Assembly (NCBI GenBank): GCA_964016885.1
Contig: OZ024742.1
Location: forward strand, 88,164,001-88,228,000
Source: Eledone cirrhosa
Lineage: Eukaryota
Direction of reading: 5' to 3'
Length of the DNA stretch: 64,000 nucleotides
The translations under genes were made by a program, and so were the position numbers. Within the stretch, counting starts at the first letter, position 1. Each line of letters opens with the position of its first letter. The notes beneath the pieces are model-generated. The model did not search any database, was not told where the DNA came from, and saw only the letters and a list, made by a program, of their open reading frames with translations. Of the stretch, positions 11,721-26,869 are shown in pieces.

Positions 11721-13644
11721 GTGTATACATGTACATAGATTCACACAGAAATTCATAACTAACGCATACCATATAAGTGAAACATTCAGAGAGAATCCTA
11801 TATTTAAACCCTCAGGGAGACATATTCTTAAGATTTTCGTCGATACTACTTTAAGTATTTAATATCGATAATCCTTAAACTATGTGGCTGCTTAGTGGTA
11901 TTGATCAAATGGCATAGATTAAAACTACCAATATTTCAATGTTCAACAGTGTCGTTTCTGAATATATGAAGTGAAAATACTATTTGCGTAGTTTAATCAC
12001 GATTACAATTGTTTTTGTAAGTACCCCATATAAGCAGATTTAAGACTTGTTATTTAAACGTCTCTCGCTCTCCGTCACTATTTCAGTCACTCTTTTTCTC
12101 CATCTCCCTCTTCCTTTTTTTTTTATTTTCTGTATGAGTGAGTGTGTGTGTATATATATGTACGTGTGTTTTTGTTGTTGTTGAAAAAAGATTACGTTCC
12201 AGGTATAATTTCTTTATAATAAACTTCTAATATGTTTTATTAATCTCTCTACGTTTCGTTTTGAACAGCAATAGTAGTATGTCTATGCTTTTGGCAGCGA
12301 TTGAAGGCCCTGACCCATGCATCGCCAGGCGTGTTGCTTATTTTAAGTACATCTTTTATTATATTCATATTTCATTATATTTATATTTTATATACATCTT
12401 TTATTATATTTATATTTTATGAAGTATGATACAGTTCTTACTTCGCTATCATTCTATGAATTTCATATTGGATTTTCGATCCTAAATTTGACCCTTAGAT
12501 GATCTGAAATCTTGACGTGTGTCTGCTGCTCATGTTGCTGGCGCCCTACTGCGCATTGATTGTCATGCATAATTATGATATAAGCATTCATTCCGTGATT
12601 AATCACCAATATTCTTAGGGATTTTGTAAACTACATGCTGATTTTCTGTTAATGGTCTCCATTCCAACTTTGTTTTTTAGTGTTTTGCAAATGCTGCATT
12701 AAAAGAAATTATGATAAGCCTGTTTCTGGTTTACTGTTAAAGCTTTTTTTAAAGTAGATTATTACTGCCAATTTATGCCTTGGAGTGATGCATTTTGTGT
12801 TACGTTTAATAAAGTTTGATTACATGCTTGTCTTTATTTTGGGTAGAATGCATTTGACTAATATGAAACACTTCATATCTAACTCATGTATTTTGATAGA
12901 TATGTTGGCAGAAGCTTGTATAGCATTATATTTATGATCATACTCTTATATGCCTTATCTACCAATGTATTCGAGTATTTGCTTTATTCTATGGATTTCT
13001 TCATTCCTTGTCACATTTGTGGGAGAGAAACTAAATAGTAAGTAATTGGTAAATTTAGACAACAACACACCATTCCTTTTCGGTGACATTGATATTTTAT
13101 TTGATTTTTATTTTTTTATTTTTTATTTTATTTATCTAATAATTGTTTGCTTATGTTTTTACGTGTGGTAACAACGAAACTGTCCTTTAAATTAGTCGGA
13201 AACCACGAGTTGTTTTCAAAAAACTGAAGTGAAGATAAAAAATGAGTGGGGGGGGGGGGATCTTCGAAAGTTCACCTCCGTTGACATTTCTTTGGTGAAC
13301 GTATTTTCCCTAAGAGTTTGCTTCTGTTTTCAACGAATTTAATCTCCATATATGTAGGAATCTAACGATTCAATGGGTGTTATTAATCTGACGGAAAGCA
13401 ATGATAAAATGGGAGGTGTAAAATAATAGCACCCTGACATGCAGTAAGGAACAACTGGAGTTATATTTGCGTAATACTTTCGAATAAATGAAATCCGAGA
13501 CTTCATAAAAAAAAATGATCTAAGAATGTATCGGGCCAGAAAGTAGTACCATACAATATCTAAAAGAAGTGTCATACTCTGACCAACACTACGATTCTCA
13601 GTCTTAAAAAAACTTGGACACTTAACCAATTTAGATCAATTTCC

Positions 13645-13840
13645 CTACTGAATGTAGATTGAAAGATATTCCTTGGGATTATTGTCTGAGGAGTGATGAC
13701 ATTTCTGTTGCCTAATGGCTACATCAATGCCACTGTGTAGAAAGTTGGCATCGCGTGAGTATGAATATGATCTGACAGAGAATTGGGAGAAAAATGACCT
13801 GGGAGTTTTGTGGTTTGACCTGGCAAATGCTTTTGTGACT
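13645..13840 (+). mobile_element. Short decayed RT fragment of an RLE-type non-LTR element (HERO/NeSL-like)
   Basis: Manual translation KIFLGII..MTFLLPNGYINATV*KVG ... NDLGVLWFDLANAF matches the RT2/RT3 pattern (WLDLANA[YF]) of these clades. Confidence 0.6.
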
Positions 13841-16800
13841 GGAGGCAACTGAACATGTTGTTGCCTCTGCATTACAGATATGTGTTCACCAAGCATTTAT
13901 ATAAGGGGATATGAATCTGACTTGAGTATAGAGAACTTCTGACTGGCCGGCATGGTAATCATAACTGGATTGAAGAGTACTCATGACTGCAGTATAAGTT
14001 TTTTTTTACATGCATATGAATGTCATAGAGTAGCGTCAATTACATTGTGTAATAACTTTTATATAGAATATTATTTACAATGTATAACGTAATTGTTCGT
14101 AGTACAGGTCAATACATTGCATTAAATTTACCTCATAACCCATGTTATTCATGTTGAATCATGTCATTTACATAAAAATAACATACATAGAATGTAAAGT
14201 CAATTATATATTTACACTTATTTCACGTTGTAAAACACTTCACCTCTAGACATGTTCTCGTTTGCCTTTAAAATGACATGAAAATATAAATCACCTTATA
14301 TAATGTCAGTTATATAAATGTATATAATTTACATGAAATAGCATCATTTATTCAATGTTACATCATTGACATAGTACAACCTTATTTGCAATGCAAACCA
14401 CTGATTATTCTGCAAAACAGAATGTATATATTTGAACCAGTACAATTAGATAAAACTAATGATGGATGGTCTGTGCGGAAAATAGAAATAACAAACATTT
14501 TGGAAATTGGAATACTGCGTAATATCAACATTGCAAAAAATGATTTCTCCTGGGTGACATCTAATTTAACTCCAAACATTCTAAACAGAGTTTTCGACAG
14601 GGAATTATACAATAGAAACCATATATATTAAGAGTTGCCATGGACCTTAACTGACAAGGGATGGTACTTGTGCGATCATATATTCCACAATTGATTCGAA
14701 GTAATACATAAAGTCGGGAATACATATATCTTAAGTTAAGTGTTTAAGAAAAAATGGTGTGTTTTAAAATGGAAAATCAAATTACTGCCACTCTTTATAA
14801 CATAGTGCCGCTTATGTTTGTTATAATTTATTTGTATTTCTTATCATCCCAAAAGAATTACGATTCCAATTTTTCATTTTGTTTATAGCATGTTTAGCAT
14901 TACATATTTCATTAGCCCATTCTAACCAACCTCAAATAAATACTAAAATAACTAATGGAATAAAATAATTTGACAAGAATTGATATAGCAACGAATATGC
15001 CCTATCTATTACCTTATCTGATTATTAGATGTGGCAAAGAACGTATATTTACAATCAGGCGGTATCCATAAAAAGGATCAATTTTGGATTAATATGAATT
15101 TGATATAATGAAGATGATAAAATTGATAAGCATTTAAGAATCAGTTAAGAATCAAGCAGTTATAAGATCTTTGAAGATCAAGCGTAACTATGGTTATAAA
15201 TGTTCCTGGTGCAATAATGTAATTGTGTTTTGAAATATAGGATTACGTTTTTTGGGGTACTTTATTCTGTATTCAGATGGCAATATGTGATATCAGATGT
15301 TTAGTTCTTATTTTTAGTAAGTTGAAAAACAACGTATACATCCCCACTGTTGTTTTTTATTTCCAGATATGCCGAAGCAGATGTTTTATATGTTGTTAAT
15401 ACCGCTTGACCTCCTGTTATCTCTGACTAAATACTTTCTGTGTTTGACATCCCCGTCATGCTTTCAGAAATAATGTATTATGAAATATATTATTCAATGC
15501 AATACATCCTATGGGTCAGATGTCTTGTTAGAATTAACACCTGAGTTTCCATAAAACTATTCCCTGCTGTCTTGAAAAGAGCACAGTAATATATTCAAAT
15601 AATAAATCAATGGTTAAATAGCGTTCTGTCGTTGTTTCTGGTTTAAGAGTGCTAGTAATAAATAATATCACACATCATTGTTCTGAACTAGAGCATATTT
15701 TCAGAGCTACACAATCGAAATATTTGAATTGCCAGAAAACGAAAAATAAAAGCAATTTTATTGTTCTGTGTGGTATCATCGTTGGGTAAATTAGAAAATT
15801 CAGGCATCAATTAACCACCGCAAACAGCTCAATTCTCTTTAAAGGATTTTGACATGATAGTGTGTTATTTTACATTTCGATAATAATTTAAGAACCAGAA
15901 ATAATTAAACCACCATTCTTCATATTAAACGCATTTGAAATTAAGCTTATAATTTTCAATCTCTATTCGTATTTATCCGATCGCAATATTTAAATATAGA
16001 ACGATATTTCCTTTGATCTTTTGAAAGCATTATCATTGGATAAAAAATCAACAACAAACATTGCAACATCGCTTCCTGTTATTGTAATATACTGTAAAGT
16101 AGAAATATTTAGAATTAATGGATTCGAGGAGACTAGTGTGGTAAGGATTCATAGTGAGATTGGAAAAGGGTTAGGTGATGTAATTTTATATTTGAATATT
16201 TGGAATTTGGGAGTTATGTGATGTTATGTTTTGCCATATGTTCTAATATAAATCGAGATTATGGTGATAGTAAATATTAGATTTGATTTCCAATTATAAC
16301 CCAATTTCATTAGAGAACAGCGATAACTGTTGAAGTAAATTATAAATACCATATAGTACGCTTGCTGAAGCTTCCAACAAAACAATATATTTCAATGGCA
16401 CTTCAAGTTAAGGTAAATCCAGCAGTGGTGTATGAGAATGATTGATTTGAGTTAACAGCATGTGTGTTAGCACTATGATTAATACGCTTCTACTTATGCT
16501 GTCATTGACAGTTAAATGAGAGAATCTCACTTACAAAACAACCTCTACATTATTCTGTATTTCAGATCATCATGACGTGAATGTGCCATTTGTATTAGTG
16601 TAAATTATATCTACGCCACCGTAATAAGTGTTTCGAATACTAATATTATACAAAATCACTGTCTTCTAACAGGAAAATGCCACTCATTAATGTGTTGTTT
16701 TTTCTTTTTTATGGGCAACATAGTAAAAGATCACTAGCCCCGGTTAATGATTTCTTGACTACAAATTATACAACTGTCATGCATAATATTCAACCGAGAA

Positions 16801-17159
16801 ACCGTAATTGATCATTAGACCTAAAGTGAATCTGTCGGTCATTGAGAATAGCTTGCTTATAGATGAAACAAATATTATGTTCCTACTGTGTGATACTAGA
16901 AATCCGAAACCAAATGTTCTGTTCATATCTCAACTGTACATACAGACAGGTCGCTAACAATTTGTTAATTATCCGGTATATCATGAATTATGATAAGCTG
17001 TTTAAATACCTGTTCGGACTTTGATATTCCGGCATTTCATGTCGCATTATACAAAACACAGTGACATATATTATCTTAAATATATCTGAAAGAGTTATAT
17101 CAATGTCTTTGGTGAAATTAACACCATTGATAAAATGAATAATCAAATAAAGGATGGAC

Positions 17160-17281
17160 AATCAGACAGAGTAATAGATATCTAGATAAATAGATAGATA
17201 GATATAAAGATATATAGATAGGTAAATAGATAGATAGATAGATAGATAGATAGAGAGATAGATAGACAGTTAGATAGATAC
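17160..17281. repeat. (ATAG)n microsatellite, 3' flank of the Tx1-type element
   Basis: Direct reading; the degenerate (ATAG)n continues at 22558-22790. Confidence 0.9.
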
Positions 17282-20200
17282 ATTTCTTTATTAGCGACAC
17301 GGGCACAAAAGAAGGGGACGAATACAAATGGGGAGTTTACATACAGGTATATGAAAATAAAACTATTAATAAAATAACAAATAACAATTGAAATCCCCAA
17401 TAAGGGGGGAGGCGTTACACAGAGGTTGTACACCCCCCGAAAACATGTACAACCCTCATCTCCAGGAGCACCAAGAGTGAGTACTCCCTTCCTCTCTTCC
17501 TCTTTTTCCTCAACCTACAGGCTTATATAGAGAGAAGGCCCAACAACTCGGGGCAGCTTTGCCACATTCACCCACCTTTTATAAAATGTGCTGGGGTACA
17601 ACACCTCTCTCTCCATCCTGATTATTCTTCCAAAATGATATTTGAAAAAACGAATCAGTTGTTCGCCGGAGAGAAACGTGTCTGACCTCAGCCATTTTAA
17701 CCTCGTCCACCATATAACCTCTTTCACCTTAGCCATAGCACATAGGAAAACCGCCTCTCCTTCGTTTTTGAAGGAGGGTGGCGGTTTGATCATGACAATG
17801 GACTCGGTGGTCAACCGGATTGGTCCCACCCGCTACAAAAACCGTTCTACGTAGCCCCACAAGTTGGTAAAGCCCGGGCAGTGTACAAATGTGTGCGCGA
17901 CGGTTTCCTCGTTGAGTACGCATCTCGAACAGATCTTTTTCGAAGGGTCCCTGCCCGGTCGCCCGTGTCTGTAGAGCTTCTCTCGAACTGGTAGAGCTCC
18001 TTAGTGGCACTGCCAGGCCAAGGACTTTTGGAAGTTGTCCATCGGTCCCAGGCGGAAGGTCCTACCGAACAGACTGGCCAGTTCGTCCTCCTCTACGACT
18101 AGAGTTTCTCCGAGCGCGTACGCATTGCTGCGGACCAACCCTCTATAGAATGTCGAGTGGAGTCTCAACTGATCGTCGGGTCCGTTTCCCAGAGGACTGT
18201 GAGCGCCGGAGCACATTTGCTGTGCTAGTCGCCCATTTTCCCAGGTAATTGCTTGATCCAGGACTGCAGCTCGGCCAGCGAGACGACTCGTGGGAAGGCT
18301 CGCCTCACGAACGAGGCCCACACCGGTTGTCCGGTGATTAATACGGGGTGGTGCCGCATCCTGAGCGCGTGTTTGCGCATCGTCAGCCACGTTAACCCCA
18401 GCCCTCCCTTTGAAGGGTGTTGGCAGCGGATGGATCTTCTCACCAAAGGAACCCACTTCTTCCAAAGGAATCGGAAGAGCGCGCGCTCCATATTGGTGAT
18501 CGTTTTGACTGGACAAGGCACGACGGGCAAGCGGTAGTATATGACGTACGCTATAAAAGTGTTCGCCACCTCGGCTCGACATTTCAAGGATAGTTTACAC
18601 TCGGCCCACTTCTGGCTGAGCGCAAACACCTTGGCCGTAACCTCGTTCCAGTTATTCTCCACCTGGAGTTCTGGACCAAACCAGACCCCGAGCAGCTTTA
18701 CCGGTCCTTCAGCGTCCGACAACGCCATCGGAAGACAACGGTTTGCCTCTCCACGTTCCGAGTTGCAAACCGACGGATTTGTCCCGGTTCAGCTTCTCTC
18801 CTGTGAACCTTTCGTATTCCTTCAGTAAGGTGTGGACCTCCCCGATTTGCGAGGTGCTCGACACCATTACTGTAACGTCGTCAGTGTGAGCCGAGGCCGC
18901 TTTTCGCAGTCCCTGTTCCAAAGGGATGCCCTGCAATAGCTCCAACTTCCGCAGTGGTGGCTCGAGAGTCAGTGCGTATATAAGGGAGGAGAGTGGGCAT
19001 CCCCAACACCTTGGCCAAAATCTGTAACTCTGTGTTTAGAGTTATGGGCCGGAAGTTGCCTATGTCATCCGCTTTAGTCTCGTCCTTCCTGACTAACATG
19101 ACTACGCCCTTGGTCACAAAACTGGGAATTCTGCCGTTCTGATGCCAGATGCAGTAGACCGCTTCCAGGAGACGGGAAAATAAGTCCGGCATTGCTACGT
19201 AAAATTCGTAGGGTAGAACGTCGAGACCTGGAGATTTGCGTTTGCCGCATTGGCTCAGCGCTTTTCCTATCTCAGAGGCTGAAATCGGTCTTTCGCAGAA
19301 CTTCGCCTCGCTGTCCGAGAGTTGCGGCAGGCCGTCGATGTATGGACCGATATCCATAGCCCCTCCCGGCACTCTGCCCTGCCCGAACAGTTGAACAGAG
19401 TGCCGCTGAAATGCCGCGCATATCTGCTTCAGCTCACGTATCATGCGTCCGTCTTGGTCCTACAAAGACCGAATCGTGGATTTTTAACAATTTTCGCCCC
19501 CGTCACTCGGGCCCAGCTAACAGCTTTGGCTCCCTCGTTTCCCAGAGCACGTATGTTGGTCCTGGCAACAAAGACTCCAAGATTTGCGTCGAAAAACTGA
19601 TCCACGGCCCTTCTCGTCGATAGCACGCTGGCTACGTTGCCACTCCTAAGTGCCTCTTCTACTTTATGTACCAGTTCCTTTTCGGTCTTATTTCTATGTA
19701 ACACTAATACTTTACGAAAACCTATCGAGTCTAATCTAACTGCCCTCTTGAGAGAGTAACACCATCTGTTGTTGACAATGGCCCCCTTCAAGTGCTGCTT
19801 AACTAAAGTGCTAATCCGTCTACTGTAGGCTTTGCATGTCGGTAACGACAATTTCAGCTTCCAGTAGTCGGGACCCTGTCTATGGATTCTGTCAAGGTTG
19901 ACCAAGCAGGTCACTAGTTTGTGTCTGAATAGGCAGCCATGAGCATGTGTGGACAGCTTATTATGTCCCTATCACTAACTCAAACTATAAACCTATCTAG
20001 GTACGATCTAGATGTTCCGCTGTGGTTGGTCGACGTCCACAATGGCACAGTTGGAAAATCTAGTCGATATCTATCGGCCAGTTGAATTCGGCCAATTACC
20101 TGTTTGAGTATGTTACCCCCCCCCCCCCCCACACACACACCTCTATCCGGAAATGCTCCCACATAATCCCAACGTGCATCTAGGATTCCATTCCAGTCCC

Positions 20201-22555
20201 CTCACTAACAGCAGGGAGCGGGACGATCCCAGATAAGTCTCTAGACGTTTCAATGAGTCTGGCCGCGGTGTTCCGGATGGGGCATATGCAGCAACCAGCC
20301 TGAAGGCTCCACCTTGACTACCGTCAACATCTAGGACCACCAGTCGAACCTCCGGGTCCAGATGTATCGTCTGTGTTACGAGGTCCAGGTGTTTCCGCAG
20401 CAAAACGGCAGCCCCACCACCACCTCACGGCTGACAGAGAGATGCGTAGATCTCAAAGTCGTCGAAGATGAGGGCCAGTTGTCGCTCGCTGTGGATCCTG
20501 AACTCACAAATGGCTACTACATCCTTAAGGTGCGACCTGTGGTCGTTTAAGAGTTTGCCCTGTTTCCAGGGCATCCCAGGCCCCGTACATTCACACATCC
20601 AACTCTGATATAGGCCATGTTGGTGCTGAACATTTAAAAGAAGATGAAAAGAAATCACTCACCTCTTCGTCTCCTGGGGACCAGGCTGCACAATTTCCAT
20701 TGGGGTGTTGGAGGGGTTGTTTGGTGGAGTGGTGGTTTCTGGCGGGATGGAGATGGAGATGTTTGGTCGGGAGGGTGTGTCTGATGGGGAGGGTGTGTCT
20801 GGGGTGGTGGTGGTTAAACATTTTAACAGGACTCGATTGTAGGGTTTGATGCAAGGGTTACCTACGTAGTTAGGAAATTTTCCTTTTAACTGTTTATGTG
20901 TGTCCATGGAGATCCTAATCATTTTAAGATTAGGATTCTCCGAAGAGTGTGAAAAAGTTTTCCCCTCGTGTGTAAAAGTTTTCCTTTTTGTTGTGTTGTT
21001 GTGTTGTTTTTTTGTTTGTGGTTCTTGTGTGTGTTTACGTTTTGTAGTAGGCGTTTTGTTTTCAGGAGTGGGTGTTTTTGTTTATGCTGTTTGCGTCGTT
21101 TGTGTTTGTGTTTGTGTGTTTGTTGCATTTTGTTTGGGTTATGTCTTTTCTTTTTTCTTTTTACTAGTCGGAAAGGCTCTCCCTCATCGTCACTGGATGA
21201 CGATGATGATGCCTCATCCGTGTTGTTGTGGAGAGGTACATTTTGGGGAGCTGTTATGTGTGTGGGTGTTTCTGGAGTTGTTTTAGGTGGCGAGGGTTTG
21301 GGTGGGACTGTGTTTGTCTGTTTTGTTGTCACTATCATTTTATGTTGTTGTGGTGGTGGTGTTGATTGTTGTGCTGATGTTGCAGGTGTTGGCTGTAGTG
21401 CCTTTTTTTGGCTAGTTAGCCGAGGACAGGAAGCTCTCAGGTGGCCCCTGCTTAATTAGTGGTAACATGACGGCCGCCTAACCTCGACCGAAATGTTTAT
21501 GTATATAAGCCCGTCCAGCAGGACACGTTCCGGGATGCCAGCTATTCGTTCTGGTGTCATTTGGACCAGACTTTCAGGCTAGTTCCGCTGAATAGGTCGC
21601 CGGAGGACTTACCTACCGATATTATTGAGTCTTTTTGTAGGTTTAAAAATCCATATAGTACCCACCAAATATCAATATTTGGTTTGATACTTTGGATTTT
21701 TATTTCCTGTGTTCTTTTTCCCATGTAAATGGGGAAAAAGGTGAACAGCGTTGAAACAATTGGCGACACAGAATATTTCTGTACCGTCAATTGGTCTTTC
21801 ATCAGAATGGTTAAACTCCTGTAGAGTCTACCCTTCCGAATGAAAGCAATGTCTTTTAAGGCATCTTTATAAATCAACTCAATTTCGCCTTGTGAATGTT
21901 GAGTCGGTTTTCGGGTTTTCTTTGAGACTGAAAACCACAGTTTTCAAGGCAGTTTCTCTTCGCAGTTCTGGAGGAGAGTTTATGAAGAATGATCCATACT
22001 CCCCAAAAGTTATGTACTGTCTGGCGTTATTCAAAAGCTCATTTGCATTTGAAATATCTACCGTAGTGTAGATTACCTTTTTATTTACGGTTTGCGCAAA
22101 AGATATTTTGTCGTTTACTCCCTTGTTGCAATTATTGGTCTTGTTGTTGTTATTGTTTTTGTTGTTGGTGTTGTTTTCGTTCATAGCATTGTTGTTGTTG
22201 TTGCTGGTGCCGCTGGTTGTGTTGTTTTTGATCACTGTTTCACACTTTTGATTTTCGTTCGTTGCCATGGCGACGTCAAGTTATTGGTCAGCAGATGAAG
22301 TAAATCCTTTCTCTGACTTACCTTTGCCTGAGACATCTGCTACTAAGACAGTGGAAGGGGGAAGCTGTAAGCATGTCATCCCCATTCCTCCTTCAAATGT
22401 TGGTGAAGAAGCTGTTGCCAATTTTTTAAAAACGTTAGTTTTTCCCCAAAAAATGTTATGAACTATTTCGCCTAAACGCGTAGAATTTTTTGAGAGTCTG
22501 ACCAGATCAAAATTTGACCTGGCAGTCCCTCTACAAATTGGTATAAAAATAAAGG
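17282..22555 (-). mobile_element. Near full-length decayed Tx1/L1-type non-LTR retrotransposon (ORF1, then ORF2 APE-RT)
   Basis: ORF1 pieces 21879-22268 and 21557-21877. APE motifs VVAICE, RLVAAYAPS, YLDRF, YWKL. RT motifs KSPGLD.LP.EFY, NFRPITL, AHTDD, KLLGVWFG, GGLG. The 3' end reads aataaagaaat on the minus strand. Many frameshifts. Confidence 0.9.
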
Positions 22556-22557
22556 TT

Positions 22558-22790
22558 CAGATAGATAGATACATAGGCAGATACAGGAAGATAGATAGAT
22601 ACATAGATAAGTAGATAGACGGATGGATAGAGATATAGACAGCAAACAGACAGATAAATAGATAGAGCCATAGAGAAACAGATTGATTGAATAAATAGAC
22701 GGTTAGATAGTTAGTTAGATAGATATATACATAGAAAGAGTGAAAGATAGAGAGAGAAATACATGAGTAGATAGATATACGTTCGCAGAT
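22558..22790. repeat. Degenerate (ATAG)n microsatellite, 5' flank of the Tx1-type element
   Basis: Direct reading. Confidence 0.85.
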
Positions 22791-24130
22791 AGCTATTTAT
22801 AGTGCCCCATTTTGATTACTGATCATATTTTCATCACTTTTGTGACAGCGAGGAATAGGGGAGTAGGGATGGAGATATCAAAATTACATTTCGAAAATTG
22901 TATGTCGCCATAAAATGCCAGGTAATATATTATTTTGTACACATACATAGAATAAATAATATGTAGGAAAATAAGCATACTTAAAGATAGTAAAAACACT
23001 ATATTTCCCACACGGCGTTTTAATAGATCAACTAAGGCTGATCTACCCTTCAGTGGAGATGTCATTAAATGTCTCACACTACAAAATACCTTAGATGATT
23101 TACCAAAATCGATAGTAGGTAATAGATAATCCATTTCTCAGATCGATGATTTTGCTTCGTTATTTGACCTATGAAACGGGCGTATGGGAGATTCTACCAT
23201 CCTTAAGTATGAATATTTTCTACATATAATTTGCACTATGTTTGTGTTACTCAAACGATATATATTAGTGTAAAAATGTTATAAGAGTGTTAAAAAGAAC
23301 ATTCAACACAAAAACAACTTATATTAAAGTAGGTATATTTATGCCCGTACCATCAACTTTTTTCACGCGCGGAAATGGGTGTGCGTTGATAGGATTTGGT
23401 TCGCGAAAATAAGTTTCGTGTCCAGATTTGCACCTTGCACAATCGAAAATTACAGATTTGGTAAGCGAAATCTACAGATGTCTGGCGTGATATATATAAA
23501 TAAATCAATATATAATGCATGCATGTAAATATTAGGATGAAACTAGGCAGGAATATATGGACAGAAATCTAATTTATTATCTATTTTATCTTTAACATAT
23601 TTATCTACACAATTACGTAACTGTCTCCATCTGCTGACTACATTTTATAATGTCAATTTGCATGCATTCCGTGTCTTCAGTTGCACTTCATCAGTAAGAA
23701 GATTATCCGGGAAAGATTTGGCTATATTCTTAGTGTTGAGTCCAACATTTCTGAAATAAGCATCGATTTATACAGAAAAAATATGTAATATATAAATAAC
23801 AAAAGTACGTTATGGATAACAGTAATTATACCCGCATACCGATCAAGTATCCATTGTTATTAGTGTACTTATTTTTTACTCACAATTTCTTTCCTTTATA
23901 TATAACATTCATATATATATTACATACTCCCTGGAGTTCTCCTTGGCAATTGTAGCTTAAGCATTTTACCTGGATACATATGCAACAACACTCTAAGGAG
24001 CGTATCGAGAAAAATATCTGGTAAGCCTTGTTTCCATATCTTGTTTGCGCATTCCCCTCAAACATACTTGATTTGACCTACACGAACGAAGTTGAATGTA
24101 TCCTCTCGTATATATATATATATATATATA

Positions 24131-25349
24131 ATAGAGTATTGAAGTTTGCTTGAAGCATTGTGGAATAATAAGATATATTTTTTCTGTAGACCGTTTTGGA
24201 AGCCTCAACAATGCAGATGGGTAATTCTCCGGGTAACAAGATTCGATGGTGAAGAGAGCGATGTAAGTGAATGTAGAATGAGATGTATAGTGTGTAGAAG
24301 AACGTAGGAAAGAGCGTACAACATAAACATAATAACACGAGATAGAGTTACCTCGGAAGAGATTTAATTGTCCCTATATATTTCAGATTTTTATTGGGGG
24401 GGGGGGGGGGTTAGGTTATCGGTCGGATAGGTGCGAAACATATCCTCCGCTGTTCGTTGTTTTGAATATCTGAGGTATTCAGGAGAGCAGGAGCGCGCGT
24501 GAAATGGGGTATGTCAAGTAGAAATCGACGCTGTAAATAGTTCCTTTAATTGTGGGAGTGGGTTGGCGTTAGCTGTCAATCCATTGTGTTATCTTCTCGT
24601 GCTGGTTTCTGTATTAGCAGTTTTGAATAGTGCATGGTGGTGGTAGTATTCTCTGCCTGTTTGGTGAATGCTACTGTGTGTGTGTCTGCGTGTGTTGTGG
24701 TCTCCCTTGTGGGTGTGTGTGTGCGTGTGTTATTTCCTCGTTTGTTTATTTAAACCAACCACCTCATTTCGCTTCTCTCGGATCGCTTATTTATTTGTCG
24801 CCCTAGGCGTTTGATCCAAAGTGCTTCTTTGATTCGTAATGTGTCGCGTTTCTATCCGTCGCTAGAACTGTGACAATGGGCCTTCCGTCTTTGTTTCCGC
24901 ATTTGGTTATGTGTTTCCGGAAAGACCAGGCCCTGGTGTTGATGTGCTCCTTGATCCCGATATGTAGCGGCCGGATTTTGCTACCGATATAGTAGTGGTT
25001 GCACTTGTTAAATTCTACCTTATACACGACGTATGTGCGTAGGCAACAGTTCGTAAGGCGCATCGGGCAGTTTCTGAGGTAGCAAGCATCAGTCGATTTC
25101 CCGGGTTTCCTGGAGAGGCATTTTCGCAGGGAGGGCTCAAGTGGGCCAGGTGGATGTCGAGGCCCTCCCTCCGTATATGCTTGCGGATAGCGTTGGTGGT
25201 ATTCTCGCCAAGGTGTGGCATTTTAAGGAAGCACTTGCCTTGGGCGTTTCCCTGCCTCTTCCGTCTGGTGTCTCTTATTCTGTTTGTGAATGAGGCAAGG
25301 TACGCGTTCGTCTCCAGCACTTTGAAGACCCAATTTGTACTAGACAGAT

Positions 25350-25350
<1 letters not shown>
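24131..25350 (-). mobile_element. Penelope-like element family P1, 3' part (GIY-YIG and 3' terminal region)
   Basis: ORF 24803-25063 YVVYKVEFNKCNHYYIGSKIRPLHIGIKEH (GIY-YIG); homologous to 29787-30960; both ends abut (TA)n. Confidence 0.85.
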
Positions 25351-25403
<53 letters not shown>

Positions 25404-26089
25404 TATTGGCAAGCATTCATGGCGTGGCTCAATGACGAAGTAATTAAATAATCAACAATCAGAGCAAAATATAAGAAGGTAGGACCATAGATTCAATTGA
25501 TAAAATATATACAGTATTTCTCATCCCAATCAGCATAATTAAACACACACAAAATCAATTAAACGAGGCTATAAGTTTAAAATGTACCTATGAAGTAACA
25601 GTAGATAAATAAATGATAGCTATTTTACCCGCAATCCACAGCCACAGAAGATTTACCTAGTATTTCTAATAGCCCGTACAAATTGACTAGACACATAGCC
25701 AACCATACACAATTAGGTACAAAATCAAAGTTAGAAGGAATACTGTATATATTATATCAAATGATTCTATGGACTTACTTTCTTATATATTGCTCTGATT
25801 GTTAATTATTTTATTAATTAATTCGTCATTGAGCCACGCCGTGAATGTTTGCCAATAACACATAAATATATCTATGGCTCTGTCTAGTTTATATATATTT
25901 ATATACTCCCATATGTTTGAATAACAATTTAGGCTGTATTCGGCTGCGCTTTCTAGCAACCAGCCTACTCGCCGTCAGGCTCCAATTACAAGCCTTCTAA
26001 CTTGACCCCTGGCCATGTGACAATTCTTAGCCATTTTGAATTCTTTTCTGGCGGGGATCATTTAAGAAAAATCTTTGTCCAATTGAGTT

Positions 26090-26173
26090 TGTTTCCTGAT
26101 GATTTCGAAACTTGTGAATTTATCCATGATCAGATATTTCCAAAAAGCGAATGAAACCTCTGGGCTAGTAACA
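26090..26173 (+). ncRNA. Type I hammerhead ribozyme, degenerate copy 1
   Basis: tgtttc CTGATGA tttcg..(~40 nt)..cgaat GAAA cctctgggc TA gtaaca. The 5' half is intact; the 3' stem I has drifted relative to copy 2. Confidence 0.55.
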
Positions 26174-26785
26174 TAATTTTGTTATGTTTATGTACAATTT
26201 TTCTTCTAACTTTGATTTTGTACCTAATTGTGTATGGTTGGCTCTGTCTAGTCAATTTCTACGGGCTATTAGAAATACTAGGTAAATCTTCTGTGGCTGT
26301 TGATCGCGGATAAAATAGCTATAATTTATTTATCTACTTTTTCTTCATAAGTACATTTTAAACTTATAGCCTCGTTTAATTGATTTTTTGTGTGGTTATT
26401 TATGCTGGGTGGGAGGAGAAATACTGTATATATTTTATCAAATGATTCTATGGACTTACTTTCTTATATATTGCTCTGATTATTGATTATTTAATTAATT
26501 TATTCGTCATTGAGCTACGCGATGAATGGTTGCCAACAACATGTATATATATATATGGCTCTGTCTAGTTTATGTATATGTAAACCTATATGTTTATATA
26601 CTCCCATATGGTTGAGTAATTAATTTAGGCAGTATTCGGCTGCGCTCTCTAGCAACCAGCCTACTCGCCGTCAGGCACCAATCACAAGCTTTCTAACTTG
26701 ACCACTGGCCATGTGACAGTTCTTAGCCATTTTGAATTCGTTTCTGGCGAGGATCATTTAAGAAATATCTTTGTCCATTTGAGTT

Positions 26786-26869
26786 TCTTATCTGATGATT
26801 TCGAAACTCGTGAATTTATCCATGATCGGATATTTCAAAAAAGCGAATGAAACCTCTGGGGTAGAAACA
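26786..26869 (+). ncRNA. Type I hammerhead ribozyme, degenerate copy 2
   Basis: CTGATGA tttcg..cgaat GAAA cctctgggg TA gaaaca, with a GUA triplet. The 3' gaaaca complements the tgtttc of copy 1. Confidence 0.55.

Noticed and set aside
11013-11862. Poly-T/poly-L and CV/HT-repeat ORFs (and the many YIYI/ERER ORFs at 29.6, 32.5, 37.6 and 49-53 kb)
   Set aside because: Translations of microsatellites, not genes.
12245-12270. Minus-strand GAAA cg TA gagag, a possible minimal HHR 3' half
   Set aside because: No core or stem I partner upstream.
14386-14631. 81-aa plus ORF and 76-aa minus ORF in unique DNA
   Set aside because: No recognisable domain or convincing splice pair; the length is compatible with chance.
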